Assembly: GCA_964016885.1 (NCBI GenBank)
Contig: OZ024743.1
Span: forward strand, 300,948,001 to 301,012,000
Direction of reading: 5' to 3'
Length of the DNA stretch: 64,000 nt
From: Eledone cirrhosa
Taxonomy: Eukaryota
The notes below the pieces were generated by a model. It worked only from the letters and a program-made list of their open reading frames with translations. It searched no databases and was not told the origin of the DNA. Below are positions 1 to 14,751 of this stretch, piece by piece (the first letter of the stretch is position 1; the number at the start of each line of letters is the position of its first letter). The translations under genes were made by a program, and so were the position numbers.

Positions 1-1045
1 GGTTTTTTTCTTTTTTTCTTTTTTGTGGCAGACCGTTTGCCACTTCACTCCCGCCTCACAATCCATGTCGGATTCCGTGGCGTCTGGAAGGGGTATGTGC
101 TTCACGGCTGTTGGTGGGGTAGTGTATCCCTCTCCGGCAATTTTGTTGCTGGTGCAGCTACTGCAAATGTAGCTACTGGTGTTGCCGCCACTGATGCTGC
201 TGCTTTAGTTGACCGCGCCCTTGGTACGGGTACCACGGATGTTGCCCTCCTACTCACCGTGGAAGGGGCTTCTCCGTTTGTTGCCTGCCCTGCTCTTGGT
301 AGCAGCGGACCAGGTATTGGAAGGAGAGGGGCCTTCTTCTTCGCTATCTTCTGCGGGTAAAAGGCTCCGAGGTGACCCTTTGACCCACAGAGATATCATT
401 TTGGCTATCATTTTGGCCGTCTTCCTTCCATGCTTATAGGGAGATGGAGTCCTTCCTCGAGGTGAATGATATCGGGGATAGCGTCGATACACTCCTGGTC
501 AGTTTGTATAAGCATTTTCATGCCTATACCTGACCAGTTTCCTCGCCCTATTTTCTGTACTTGCAGCATGATCGTACAGATGCGGCCAGCCAAGGTATGG
601 GCACGTCGGGTGGGATCTAGGTCAATTTGAGCCTCGCCAGTTTCTGCCCGCAGTAGGAGGGCGCCAATACTATCTCCTCACTCTTTAGGGTTTCCAAAGT
701 GTGAGACTTCCTTTCTTGGGGGGTGGCGAAAAGTACGTCTACTGTAACGTACTTTCTGCCTCGGGGGATGTGGGTTTTGCGCGCACAGACACGCCCCAAG
801 GCCTTTTGGATTTGAGCCTCCGTGGCTCTCTCCCCCGATGTGACATTTTGCTTACGTTGCGGTAAATCACCGTCCGTAGCTGCTGGTCCTTGAACAAATC
901 GGGTGGAGGTTTCAGGTAAACTGTATTGGCGTTTCTTGTCAGCATGGCCCTTGCGACTGCCATCTCCTCCTCTGTGAATAACACTGTTTCGATATTTCGG
1001 GCGACACCTGCAAAAGAAGTGGACCCTTTTCAGCAGCACCACTAT
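1..1045 (-). mobile_element. Degenerate ORF1 (gag-like, zinc knuckle) of a non-LTR retrotransposon, probably Tx1/L1 clade
   Basis: Frameshifted minus-strand ORFs 617-1105, 739-984 and 408-593. Around 350-400 the minus strand reads K*YLCGSKGHLGAFYPQ, a broken CX2CX4HX4C knuckle, followed by an Ala/Pro/Thr-rich linker and a basic stretch. GC-rich like the other Tx1 pieces here. Confidence 0.6.
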
Positions 1046-1360
1046 TGTTGCCGCTACCGGTGCTGCTGGTGGTACTGAGATCGCTGTTACAGGTATCGAT
1101 GTCATTGTTTATGTTTTCGTTGGTACAGAAGTTGGTGGTGTTGTTGTTGTTTTCGTCGATACTGTTGCTGTTGTTACTGTTATTGTGGTTGTTGTTATTA
1201 TTGTTGTTTTTGTTGATACTGTTCCTACTATTATTGTTGTTGTGGCTGTTGTTATTGTCATTGTTATTGTCGTTCTCGACCTTACCGCTGTTATTTTGTT
1301 ATTGCTGCTGTTGTTATTGATGGTTTTGTTGTTGGTGTTATTGTTGGTGTTGTTTGTGTT
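1046..1360. repeat. Degenerate (TTG)n trinucleotide repeat
   Basis: Imperfect gtt/ttg/att triplets read directly. Confidence 0.9.
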
Positions 1361-1645
1361 AGAAATATTTGGTAATTTTAAATCTGTAACAATATAATTA
1401 AACATGATATTGTTCCTCTTTTCCTTCGTAATATTTTCTTTTATATTTACCTTCGCTAGAACGCTGTCTTGTTGATATATTGACAAAGTATCCCTCTCTC
1501 TGTGTTGTCTGACAGCGCTCTTTATCTTTCTTGTGTTATCCATGTTGTAAGAAATTTGTTTTTTCAAATAATATTTTTACACAATACGGCACCACTTTAC
1601 GGGGTGTCGTATTGTGTAAAAATAAGGCAACAATAAACAATTTAA

Positions 1646-2145
1646 CACATTCTGAGAAGTGGTATGAATATAAGCCAGAGTCGGTGATAGAAAACGATCA
1701 GGTGAAGGTGCTATGGGATTTTAGGATACAGACGGACAAGAAATTAGAACACAATAGGCCTGACCTGGTGGTTTTCGACAAGGAAAAAAGATCGTGCCTG
1801 ATTCTAGATGTAGCCTGCCCATTTGACACGAGGGTGAAAGAAAAGGAGAGGGAAAAAATTAATCGATATTAGGATTTAAATCGGGAGTTAAAAAGGTTTT
1901 GGAAATGCCATGAAATCAAGGTCGTCCAGATTGTTATAGGCGCACTATGTACTATCTCAAAGAGTTTCCAAGGATGGTTAAAGAAGATTAGTCCAGCCCA
2001 GCTGTTTGGAATACTTCAAAAGGCCTGCTTGCTGGGAACAGCTAGAACCCTCCGATACGTCCTGAATATCTGAGACTATAGGTAGTGGCTTAATATTCAT
2101 TTCAACAAAACTTCCAGTTAAATAACATCAATGCCTGAGACTCAA
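1646..2145 (+). mobile_element. 3' end of R4/Dong-like non-LTR retrotransposon (restriction-like endonuclease domain and 3' UTR), family A
   Basis: HSEKWYEYKPESVIENDQVKVLWDFRIQTD..HNRPDLVVFD..ILDVACPFD..EKINRY* continuing to LQKACLLGTARTLRYVLNI* (TGA 2071-2073). 3' UTR matches the minus copy at 50513-50600. Confidence 0.9.
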
Positions 2146-2241
2146 AGAAGAAGAAGAAGAAGAAGAAGAAGAAGAAGAAGAAGAAGAAGAAGAAGAAGAA
2201 GAAGAAGAAGAAGAAGAAGAAGAAGAAGAAGAAGAAGAAGA
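2146..2241 (+). repeat. (GAA)n tract directly after the R4-like 3' end
   Basis: Perfect GAA repeat. Confidence 0.95.
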
Positions 2242-2499
2242 ATGCACAACCGGCTTGTTACACATTAAGAAACCAATATTGTACTACCAGAATAATGCCA
2301 CTGGTGCATAAAAATGTATTGAGGAATTATGGAGGATATGAGAGAGAGAGAGAAAATGAAAACGTAGAGTTGACTGCTTTGACTTTAATAAGTTTGTCAT
2401 CAGCCTGAATACTGGATGAACCTACATACATAAAGTAGCCCCATCCTCGCTCCAATATATCAGTCTTAAAACAAAACGAAAATTGAGAAAACGATCATA

Positions 2500-3130
2500 A
2501 CTCTAAAATATAGGGAAATTATTATCAAATATTACAATACACCCCTAAAGCAGGAATTTTCCAAGGGGATTTGCTATATCCACTACTTTTTTGTCGTTTT
2601 CTGATTGCTTTAACACATTTGGTGAATACAAAGACAAAGGGGTACAGCTGCTATAGATAAACTATGAATCAATCACGAAATACGTATGACTTAGAAAACA
2701 TTAAAAGGAATGACACCGCGATACATATCCTCAAAATGCACATAGCTACATATTCTAAATGAATCCATATATATATAAATATATATATATTTGACTATAT
2801 GAATATGCTTGGGTACGCTAGGAAAACGAAAGTTAAACACCAATGTACTTTATATAAACACTGGATTTGGAGAATTAGATCATAATCATCTATTCTATTA
2901 AATGCCTCTGTATTTTCGTAGGAATAGACTAAACAGTTAAAATATTACACGGAGAATTTCAAGGGAAACTGCGGATGGGTAGGTGAGGAGTTTTAAACTA
3001 ATATTTAATCGGAGCTCAATGCTACACAACCCGATACTAGGCATAAACACATTTGTCCTATACATTACAGCTTCACTAATACAAACCTGAACCTAAGTGA
3101 GCTAAACATCCTTAGACGAATAGAGAAAGA
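2500..3130 (+). mobile_element. Highly degenerate R4/Dong-like RT fragment
   Basis: GIFQGDLLYPLLF at ~2552-2590 (RT motif), plus downstream similarity to 49394-49642. Confidence 0.55.
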
Positions 3131-3819
3131 AACTCTTTACAAAGGCCCCAATGGACATCAACGAAACAGACATTCAAATTCTACAAACTTTGTGAATAAA
3201 AACGTACACCAAGCTAAACGACAACTATAACCTATATACCTACATCTCCGGACTAAAAGCAGAAAAGGGACAGATTTCCGCTGCACTAGAACAATGCCTG
3301 GGCTCAAAACTAAAAATATATATATATATATATATATATAAAGCAATTTATTAAAAAATTGTCGTAAAACTGTAGTATGTGCAATTTGTGTAAATATAAC
3401 CCTGTATATGACAGGTTTAAATATATTCACATACACTACTATTTAGCAGCGATAATCACTGCGAAATATATCAACACTTTCACGGTAAAAAAAGCGAAGT
3501 GGTATAGTCCTGAACACAATAATATACATGAAAACAAATTGTCTCAATCATCTGATATATGACCGTCAACATTGGCAAATTGATTATGCATACTGAGAGA
3601 TATCGAATTTTCTTCCGACTGAAATATTGTGTGAAAAGAGTGGAAAACAAAATCCCTGAGGTATGAAGGTAAAAAATAATCAATGTGCAGGATATAAAAC
3701 ATATAAAAAAAAGAAGCATTACGAGAATCCACAACACTACGCACTTTTTTAAAAATATCATCCCAAATAACAATAACGATAATAATAATAACAATAATAT
3801 CAACAGTAATGATATAAAT

Positions 3820-4800
<981 letters not shown>

Positions 4801-5802
4801 TCCCACAAAAAGAGAATAAAAAGAGAGAGAAACACTTAACCATTAAAAACTTGGTTGTCAGACGTATATAATCAACAGGGAAACACATTAATGGACTTTA
4901 ATATTGCATTATCTTATAATCAATCTATAGAAGAAATAACGCTTGAATGAAAAACACTTGTTTAATAACATGCCGTAATATTGATATACATAACATAATA
5001 TTATAATTATTAATTTTGATCCATACCATTATTTTTTTTATTTCTCCATCTTTATCTTCCTATCTAAGGTTTAAATTCTAGTTTAATAACCAACCCATAC
5101 ATTTTCTAACTGTGAATTGTTCATGTGTTTTTGATTATTATTTATTTCGAACTATGAATAATTAATGCATTTACACCCTGTTATATTGGTATATGTATAT
5201 GTATATATACATAATAGTTATTTCAATATTTCTAACAAAAAAAAATTCATAACATTTACATACTATATATGTTGACAATAAATATCTCCGGTAAAACATA
5301 CATTTAGAAAAATATTCGACAGTGTAAACTTTATTTTCACGCTGGCCAGCTAAATCCTTTAAAAGTTATCATCATAAAATTCTGAAGTTTAGAAATGTTA
5401 AAACACTTATTGAATTTACAAAACTAATAAATAAACTGCAATAAAAAAAACCCCTACAATCTTGACTCTTCACCCTAAAATAGCATACATTAAATATTTT
5501 CAAACCTAACCGTTTAACTTTCGGAAAATCTCCATCTACATATATTCCCTCTCTCTATATATATTACCTCAGCGGCCATCATTGAGCGCTTTCCCTGATA
5601 AATTGTAGTATCATACATTTAAAATCTCTATAACTGTTACATTAAGCAACGTATTTCTTACTCACACATTCTCTATTGAATTTATTACGTTTTCGCATTT
5701 TCTCATTATTAGGATATAAATGTTAAACTTTCTCTTAGGTTAATCACTACCTTGATTAAATCTTAACCATTTAACATCTCAGGGTATGTCATATATCATT
5801 AT

Positions 5803-5855
5803 ATTTTGTCTGATGAGGACGTACTGTTGTTCATCCGAAATATGTATAAGAAAAT
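5803..5855 (+). ncRNA. Type I hammerhead ribozyme, minimal PLE type, slightly decayed
   Basis: attttgt-CTGATGA-gga...tcc-GAAA-tatgta-TA-agaaaat; one mismatch in stem I. Confidence 0.6.
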
Positions 5856-5899
5856 GTAATTGATAAAAAGAACATCTATTTGATTAATATTTGTATTTT

Positions 5900-6309
<410 letters not shown>

Positions 6310-7309
6310 TATAAATACATATATATAAATAAGTAGTATAATTAGAACAGTTTAACAAGATATCACGTGGAGAAAATAGTTTGTTCAATTAAGTGTTTTC
6401 GTGACAACGGTGCATGAATTCTGAGCATGGATTATAGAACGTTGCTCTGTAAGGAATATATTATTGCATATTCTACATATGCTAGGATGAAACACAGCTG
6501 TAATTTCTGAAAACGTGAACAATGACCACTGATATATAAACTGCGATGCATTAATGAAAATGTTAAGCATTCAGTATGGTTTAAAGTAGAAACACACGAA
6601 TATCATCTTTTAATTAAATAATAACTGTAAACTACTTTAAATACACGTTTGTGAATATTAGGATTGAATATTACAACTAAGATGTTATGGGAACATCAAT
6701 GTTTATATACTATATGTGTTGATTTTATTCATGAAATAGAAACAAACTTACATATATACTTGAATCTGTTTCTCTCTATAACATTCGTACATCATAATCA
6801 ACATTTTAGAAGTGAAAATTGAATTTATTCGATAAACATTCGGCTCAACAGGCCACGAATAAATAAGTTGAATTGAACGTGCAAGAGCTAAGAATTGAAA
6901 CATTTTTGCAAATTACCTTTTAGATCATATTATCCACTTCTTTCCCTATCGTAAACAGTAATAACCTTAAAATTATAAAATAGCATCGCCCGCAGGCATT
7001 AGTTAGTTGTTATTATTTAATATTCTTGTCGAAGACTTTAAGGAAAATCAAGATAACAAAATATTATATTGATTTAGATTGTGCTAAAATCTTGCCTGAA
7101 GCATTGCTAGAGAAAGGTAGAGGTTTGATTGTCACTATGCGGGAACCAAAGACGTGAATGGCCTTAATACAACAGATAATGTGAAAGAAGACAATTCTGT
7201 AGCATCGTAAAATTTTGACAAACAACCGTTTTAGCAACTTTCCTCGGGACATAGATCAAGAGCGTGAACCACAACTGAAGACGTCAAAGAAGTGGTGACA
7301 TTCGACAGT

Positions 7310-7730
7310 ATTTGAGCAAGATGATGAAAATAATAACATTGGTAATGATGATGACAATGATGATGAGACGTATAAGAAGGAGATAGAAGTGAATGAGGAG
7401 GAAAATAATGAGAGGGAAAAGTAAGGTGAGGACATAGGCAGAGAGAAGGAGGATTATTATTATGGTCATGTTGATGTTGATAACGTGAATTAATAGAACG
7501 CCAACGTTAATGATGACGATGATGATGATGATAATGAATATGATGATGATGATGATGATAATGATGATGTTGGTGGTGCTGTTGCTGATAATGATCGTGA
7601 GACTGATGATGATGATTATGATGATGAGGATTATGAGGATGACGGTGGTGGTGATGCTGCTGCTGATGATGATGATGATGGCGATTATGATGCAGATAGT
7701 GATGAGAATGATAGTAGTAGGGTTGATGTA
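7310..7730. repeat. Degenerate (GAT)n repeat
   Basis: Read directly; explains the poly-Met ORF at 7510. Confidence 0.9.
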
Positions 7731-8221
7731 AAGATGTTAATTCTGATGCAGCTGATGAATATAAAGAATTTCATTATAGTAGGAATGATGACGTTATTAA
7801 TGTTATTAAGGAATTGTAAAAGGTTAGAAGTAAGAAAAAGAAAACAAAAATGATGAATTATTTTTACATTGAATGTAAACAATTCTCTAACGAGCTAATC
7901 TGATTGCTAAAATGTAAATTTAGCCAATGTATATAAATATATAATAAATTACATTCCCGAAAACCCATCAACATTAAACGCACAAAATCCTTGTGATAAA
8001 ACTAAGAGTAATAATTAGAAAATATGTTGATTTAGCTAGAGAGAATATGTTGACAGTGCGATAAAAAGTATTATATCGTTATGATCCTTAATTGTTTGAA
8101 ATACTAGTGTTTACTTTTCGAAGAAAACAAGTAAACCACATTAAAACGATACGTAATTCTTCTGTAAAGTAGCCATATAAATTTTATTTTGTTTCAAATC
8201 AAGACTACAATGTGAAATTCA

Positions 8222-8373
<152 letters not shown>

Positions 8374-8413
8374 AAAAAGAGAATCAGTGTTACGACGAAT
8401 GGAATTTATTGGA

Positions 8414-8505
8414 CATATTACAATCGGTTCTCTGGCGACCAGCTCGAGGCACAATTTATTTGATGATCGAACCTGACTCTGAAAATCGCAAGTTCCTCAG
8501 ATACG
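8414..8505 (-). ncRNA. Hammerhead ribozyme, left arm (GAAA mutated to GAAC)
   Basis: cgtat-CTGAGGA-long stem II (gcga/tcgc)-GAAC-cgatt-GTA-atatg. Confidence 0.55.
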
Positions 8506-8588
8506 TTTTGATTCTACGAAGCAGATTTTGCTATGTCCTTTTACATCATGTAAAAGGACATAGGAAAATCTACTTCGTAGAATCAAGA

Positions 8589-8680
8589 CGTATCTGTGGA
8601 CCTTGCGATTTTCAGAGTCAGTTTCGATCATCAAATCGATTGTGCCTCGAGCTGGTCGCCAGAGAAACGATTGTAATATG
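8589..8680 (+). ncRNA. Hammerhead ribozyme, right arm (core mutated to CTGTGGA)
   Basis: cgtat-CTGTGGA-...-GAAAC-gatt-GTA-atatg. The consensus of the two arms gives an intact core. Confidence 0.55.
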
Positions 8681-8799
8681 TCCAATAAATTCCATTCGTC
8701 GCAACACTGATTCTCTTTTTTCTCTAACATACTCTGCTCTATGAGATCATCGAGTGCTCATACGGCCTACCGCATACGGACGCTTTAAGCATCCAACAC

Positions 8800-8866
<67 letters not shown>

Positions 8867-10082
8867 CGATGAGGTTTAGTTTACATGTATGAAGTATTTT
8901 ATTGTGTATCTACCTTTTACGTGGATGTTGCAGAGGAGTGGTCATAGTTACCCATAAAAGTTAAAGACCCGAATCCAGCACCGATCTGCTCTTCAGTCTG
9001 GTGATTCATCGAAAGCCACCCTATTTATTGTGATAGGGTACTGATCTCGCATATTTTCTCTCACCAAATTTAACCACACCAAACGTCAAAAGAAATAACT
9101 ATCAAACTTACTAATATATCCCTAAAATAATTTCTACTTGGAAAATCCACCATGAAGACTGCACATTTCATCATAGATCCGTTCGATTTAAACAATAAAT
9201 ACGGGTGGGGTAAACCATTTCCAAATCATGAGTAGGTTGACTGATCTGCTGAAAGTTAGAGTGGATTTTTCTACTAGTCATATAATCAGACGATTTTAGT
9301 AATGTGTTCTAATGAGGACTAGAATTTCTTAGATCATAGGTATATTTAATCACGTTTAACCAATACTAAAGGATAACAATAACTAATTTATATGTCTACA
9401 ATTCTATGTATTTGAAATATCACTAACATTGTGTAGTTCCATTAATATACTATAATATTTCCCCAGTTAAGTAGTAGTGTCACGTCATCTAAAACAACTT
9501 AATCGAAATTCCATACGAGCATATAAAACATATTAGCGAGACAACAATATTGAAATCATGAAACACAACGCTTATATTACCATGTTTCATCTAATTATGT
9601 ATTATTTATACATCAATTTCGGTTTTGATATTGCGGCGCCATATTATACATTATACGTGCGAAGTATATATATTGAAGTGATAGCATGATACAATGATTC
9701 ATAGAAATTTGAACATCCAAAGTTTGAAGTAACACTTCAAATTACCAAGATGAACCAATATATTTGCGATGTACTCTCATGTCCATCAATATAGGTATAC
9801 AAGTATGTATGTTTATATGTGCATTTATATACATACATACACACACACACACACACATATATATATAAATATATATATATATATTTGTGTGTGTGTGCGT
9901 GTACATACATACAAACACACAAACACACACACACACATATATATATATTTAGTTAGCACCCCGAACGCATAATTGGGAATATAATTACTTATTTCCTAAT
10001 GTTTGTTGAGTGAGTTGGAATTTGGCCGGAGTATCGCTAAAAAGCTTTCTCCGATATTGTATGTATTTATTATATAGTAGCC

Positions 10083-10150
<68 letters not shown>

Positions 10151-10590
10151 GTGTGTGTGTGTATGGACATAAAAACACATACACAAACACTAACTACATG
10201 CATACACTTAAATGTTTTCTGTAATTTTATAATCATACCATAGCTATTGACAGTTAGTTTCGTTACGCTGAAAAATGTAAGAACATTACAATTCGGTATA
10301 TGAGTGCAATGTAAACACTTTATAATATAGACTGTACGTACATGAGTATGCTGAGATACAACCGGTCCTGGCATTGATAAATATGCTGGGCCCGTCAAGT
10401 CTTTATTATATATTATAATTGAATAGAGAAGAAAGCCAAACACAGATATATACATATATGTGTTCAAATCGTAAGGGACCAGATACGCTAAGGCGAAAAG
10501 AATACTCAATATGGTCAATAGGGTTTGCCAGACTCAATTTAAGTATAAATCAAGAAAATAAATAGAAACCGGAATTGTGGTAACTACCAA

Positions 10591-10670
10591 TCACCCAGAC
10601 AGCTTTGGCTATGCTGTTTCGCAAAATTAATTGTGAAGCGGAATGCCGATTCTTGCTCATCAGTGGATGA
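10591..10670 (-). ncRNA. Canonical type I hammerhead ribozyme in a PLE 3' end (element end ~10460)
   Basis: tcatcca-CTGATGA-gcaa...ttgc-GAAA-cagc atagccaaa gct-GTC-tgggtga: 7-bp stem I, stem III acagc/gctgt, GUC triplet. Confidence 0.88.
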
Positions 10671-10890
10671 AGAATTAGTATCCTGGTCCCTTCTAAGTAT
10701 ATAAAAAAACTGAATAGTGTGCGTATGTATAATAACGCACAAGATATCTGAACTAAGCGTGTCTTACAAACTCACACCACTAAAAATAGCAGCCAGGTTT
10801 ACTCGACATTTGAATTAGCTCAACAAATTAACACAGCCGAATATATATAATAATAATAATAATAAAAATAATAATATTATTAATAATAAT

Positions 10891-13128
10891 GTTTTCTTTA
10901 TTAACCACAAGGGTTCACATAAAGTAGACATTAAGGACAGCACAGGACAATACAGGACGGTACAAATGGGCATTTCTGCGTGTAAAAAAACAGAGGTTGA
11001 AATAAAATAACAAAGAAAAATTCCCCAATAGGGGGGAGACTTCCAAGGGACATTTGTGGAGAAAGCCCATTAAAAGACCACAGTGGCCCTGACCACCAGG
11101 GCAAGTGCCCTCTCCCAGTTTTCCACCTTTAATTTACAGACACATACTCAGAGAAGGCCCATTCATTCGGGCCATACTTGCTTCTCTCACCCATCTTTCA
11201 ACAAAATGCTGGGAAGAGAGCACTTCCCTCTCTACCCTGATTTTCCTTTTCAAATGAAATTTGAAAAAGTTAATCAGGGCATCACCGAAGTGGTAAGTGC
11301 TCGTCTTCAGCCCTTTCAAACGTGTCCACCATACTATCTCTTTCGCCATGGCCACCAGACAGATAAAAACTGCCTGCCCTTCCAGGCTAAAGGAAGGGGG
11401 CGGGGCAATCCTCACGATGGACTCAGCTGATAGCTGGATCCGTCCTACACCTGACAGCAGGTGTTCGACATAAACCCACAAGTCAGCAATGCTCGGACAC
11501 TGGACGAGTGCGTGCAGGACGGTTTCGTCGCCCTGCGCGCATCTCGGACATGCCCGGCTGACGGCACCTCCATGCCTGTAGAGTTTATCCCGAACTGGCA
11601 AAGCTCCTCTGTAGCACTGCCAGGCCAGGGATTTCTGGAAGTTGTCCATAGGCCCCGGCCCGAAAGTCCTTCCGAAGAGATTGGCTAGTTGATTTTCGTC
11701 GACGCCTAGATTTTCTACAAGTACGTCGTCGCTCTTCCCCTCCACTAATCCCCTATAGAACGCCAAGGTGGATTTTCCACCGATCACATTGCCCGATTGG
11801 TCGAGGGCTGTGAGCGCCTGAAGACATCCCAGTCTCCAAGCGCTCCCTCTCGGTCTTCGCTTGACCCAGGACTGCAGCTCCGTCAAGGAGACGAGCTGGG
11901 GAAAAACGTGTCTTGCAAACGGCGACCACACCTGATCACCGTCGAGGAAGAGGTGGAGATGTCGTAGCCTGAGGGCGTGTCTGCGCATCATCAGCCACGG
12001 CATGCCCAGCCCTCCACGTAGCGGGTGTTGACAGCAGATGGACCGCCTGACCATCGGAGCGCGTCCCTTCCACAAGAAGCGAAAGAGCAAACGCTCCAGC
12101 GCAGTCAGGCGGGGCTTAGGACAAGTTACGACGGTCAGGCGGTAGTAGATGACGGATGCGATGTACGCATTCGCCACCTCCGCTCGACCTTTCAGGGATA
12201 GCTTCCTCTCGGCCCATTTCTGGGTGAGAGAAGCCACCCTGCTCGTCACCTCGTCCCAGTTTTTGTCCGTCTGGAGGTCTGGACCGAACCAGACCCCTAG
12301 CAATTTAACCGGTCCGTCCGTCCAGCGCCCGACGACGCTGTTGGACGGCATGGACCTGCCTCTCCAGGTGCCGAGCTGCAGGCCCACGGACTTTTCCTGG
12401 TTGATCATCGCTCCTGTCACCGCTTCGTATTCTCTTAGTGTAGTGCCGATCGCCTCGATGTGTTTGGCGTTCGACACCACTACGGTGACATCGTCGGCAT
12501 ATGCTGACACGGATCTTCCGCATCCTAGTTCGCGCGGGACCCCCCTCAACGTCTCCAGTTTGTGCAGTAATGGCTCGAGAGTCAATACGTACAATAGGGA
12601 CGAGAGGGGACATCCTTGGCGGACCGAGCGCATGATGTTGAACGGTTCCGAAAGGTGACCGTTCACCCTCACTACAGAGCAGATGTCGCTGTGCATGGCA
12701 GCGACCCAGCCTCTGAAGACGGGCCCAAAGCCAGCCGCCCTCAGGACTGCCGCTAGGTAACGATTGATCTAAATTGATCAAAGACCCACCCGTGCCAGGT
12801 TCCCTAGCTACCCTCTCTACGATGTATCGTATGAGGTGGAGGTTGTCGTGGATGGATCTGTCGGGAATGGCGCATGTCTGTGCCTCTCCCACCAGACCAC
12901 CAACGACAAGCGCCAACCTCTTTGCTAGCACCTTGGCCAAAATCTTGAACTCTGTGTTTAGCAGAGTTATGGGCCTAAAATTATCTATGTTATCCCCCTT
13001 GTTCGGATCCTTTCTCAGCAGCGCCACCGCTCCTCGGCTCACAGAGCTGGGAATTCTCCCGTTCTGTTGCCAGTTGCAGTAGACGTCCGCCAAGAGGCCT
13101 CCGAACAAGTTTGGCATTTGTACGTAAA
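10891..13128 (-). mobile_element. 5'-truncated Tx1/L1-clade LINE (ORF2 RT, C-terminal zinc finger, 3' UTR) flanked by (AAT)n on both sides
   Basis: NFRPITLLNTEFKILAKVLA, VRQGCPLS, YADD, CPRCAQGDETVLHALVQCP. A deletion at ~12765 removes KAFDRVDH (the corresponding segment is present in the copy at 54120-54150). Confidence 0.92.
11134..12696 (-). pseudogene. Tx1-like ORF2 C-terminal 520 aa (RT motifs, zinc finger)
   Basis: ORF track; RT motifs QGCPLS and YADD. Confidence 0.85.
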
Positions 13129-13149
13129 TATTAATAATAATAATAATAA

Positions 13150-13955
13150 TAATAGTAATAAACATAAATGTGAAGACTAAAATCCAAAGAGGGCTCGATA
13201 AGGATAACAGATAAAAGCATATATACATACGAGGGAGTATACGTAACCCAGAAAACTTACCTATACAAATAAGTAATGGTATAAACATAAAATATACTTA
13301 GCTACCACATCAAGACGTATTGCAGCCCCACATTATACCCTAATGTATAATACGAACAATACGCGGATAATTTACGACTTGATCTGGTAGCTAAGTATAT
13401 TTTTCGTTTATACCATTACTTATTTATATAGGTAAGTATACCTTACCCGTAAGTTTTGTGGAGGTACTTTCTCGTACGTATATAAGCTCGTATTTGTTAT
13501 AGCTGTATATATTATTATTCTGGTATAAGTGTATATGGTTATGTGTATATGTGTATTTTGCTTTTGTGTGTGAATGCGTGTATGCGTGTTTGCACGTATA
13601 TGAGGTGTGTATATGTGTACATTGAGTTTTGGTATACGTATGTTTGGTGAACATATTCTCAACTAGGTAAACGAAAGTGACTTTTTTTATAGCGTTTAAT
13701 TTAGTATAATTTGATGCTAATAGCTTAATGTTCAATGAGTATCTTTTGTTGAATAACTTAATCAATATACATTATATACGTATAGATTTAACTTTATTAA
13801 AGTGTGCATATATATATTTATTTATTAAAATAACAGATTCTTTCCTTAAACTTTAATCTGTTATTTTAATAAATATTTTCTCTACGATTTTTATATATCT
13901 TATATATATTTATCCTTATCGAGCCCTCTTTGGATTTTAGTCTTCAAATTTATTA
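13150..13955. repeat. Nested inverted-repeat element (outer arms 13165-13215/13905-13950; inner 13255-13320/13372-13438; small 13820-13875)
   Basis: tgaagactaaaatccaaagagggctcgataaggata is reverse-complemented near 13911-13946; aatatacttagctacca pairs with tggtagctaagtatatt. Confidence 0.75.
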
Positions 13956-14019
13956 TTATTACTATATATATATATATATATATATATAAGTAATAACACA
14001 ACAGTTAGTTCACCATCCC

Positions 14020-14056
14020 GAGAACAATTGTTTCACCTTATGCGGATCTTCAGCTC
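14020..14056 (-). ncRNA. Minimal hammerhead ribozyme with palindromic stem III
   Basis: gag-CTGAAGA-tcc gcataa ggt-GAAA-caattg-TT-ctc. Confidence 0.65.
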
Positions 14057-14243
14057 TTACGTTTAAATATCGTGGTAAACCACTGGCAGAATTTGTCATT
14101 CTGCAATGTTAACCCTGACTTAATATGAGAAAATTACTCGACGTTAAGCAACTCATCCATCTATGTTGTTGAATAATGTTGGTGGTGCGGGATCAGAATC
14201 AGATGTATTATAAAGTAATATCACAGGATGTCAAATATGTTGA

Positions 14244-14402
14244 AAGTGTCGGACGCCATGCTTTCCAGCATAGTTACGTCCCTTTACGATCTGAGTTCAA
14301 ATCCCGCCGAGGTTGACTTTACCTTTCATCCTTACGGGGTCGATTAAATAAAGTACCAGTAATGCACTGGTTAATTGCTGGCCTTGTGCCTAAAGTAGAA
14401 AC
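14244..14402 (+). mobile_element. tRNA-derived SINE with Nin/Deu-like central domain
   Basis: B-box gagttcaaatccc, then cctttcatccttacggggtcgattaaataaagtaccag, 3' end ggccttgtgcctaaagtagaaac. Several copies in the window. Confidence 0.85.
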
Positions 14403-14751
14403 AATTATATATTTCTGCAAATACTATTCACATTTCAGTGGCCAGCTATTGTAATAACCCAGTGACATATTCAGGTGTAAATTGCGTAATAGATGTATAC
14501 TAACGGAATGATGGTAACCCATTCCAAGAGACTTAAAGGAAATAAGAAAAAAAAAGAAGAGAAGAAAAAACAGAGGACAAAAAAAGTCTGTTTATGTTTT
14601 TGACCCAGAGACAAGCAAAGCACCATGTTGTTATAATGCCACCTCTCTGAGTTTACCACTATAACTCTATTACGCAATTTACGTCTGAAGATGTCACCGG
14701 GTTATTAATTGACCTGGCCATTGAAATGGCATAGTGTTTCCAGAAATCCCG

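Noticed and set aside
2365-2412. Minus-strand CTGATGA motif (also CTGAAGA near 8990)
   Set aside because: No GAAA at the required position.
7070-7310. Coding-looking unique stretch as a possible further exon
   Set aside because: No recognisable domain, stops present, no convincing splice sites.
11083-13082. Plus-strand ORFs over the Tx1 element (and similar antisense ORFs over R4 and PLE copies)
   Set aside because: Shadow frames of retroelement coding sequence.
14685-14745. Possible hammerhead CTGAAGA...TGAAA just 5' of the Neptune ORF
   Set aside because: Stem II is plausible but stems I and III do not pair convincingly.
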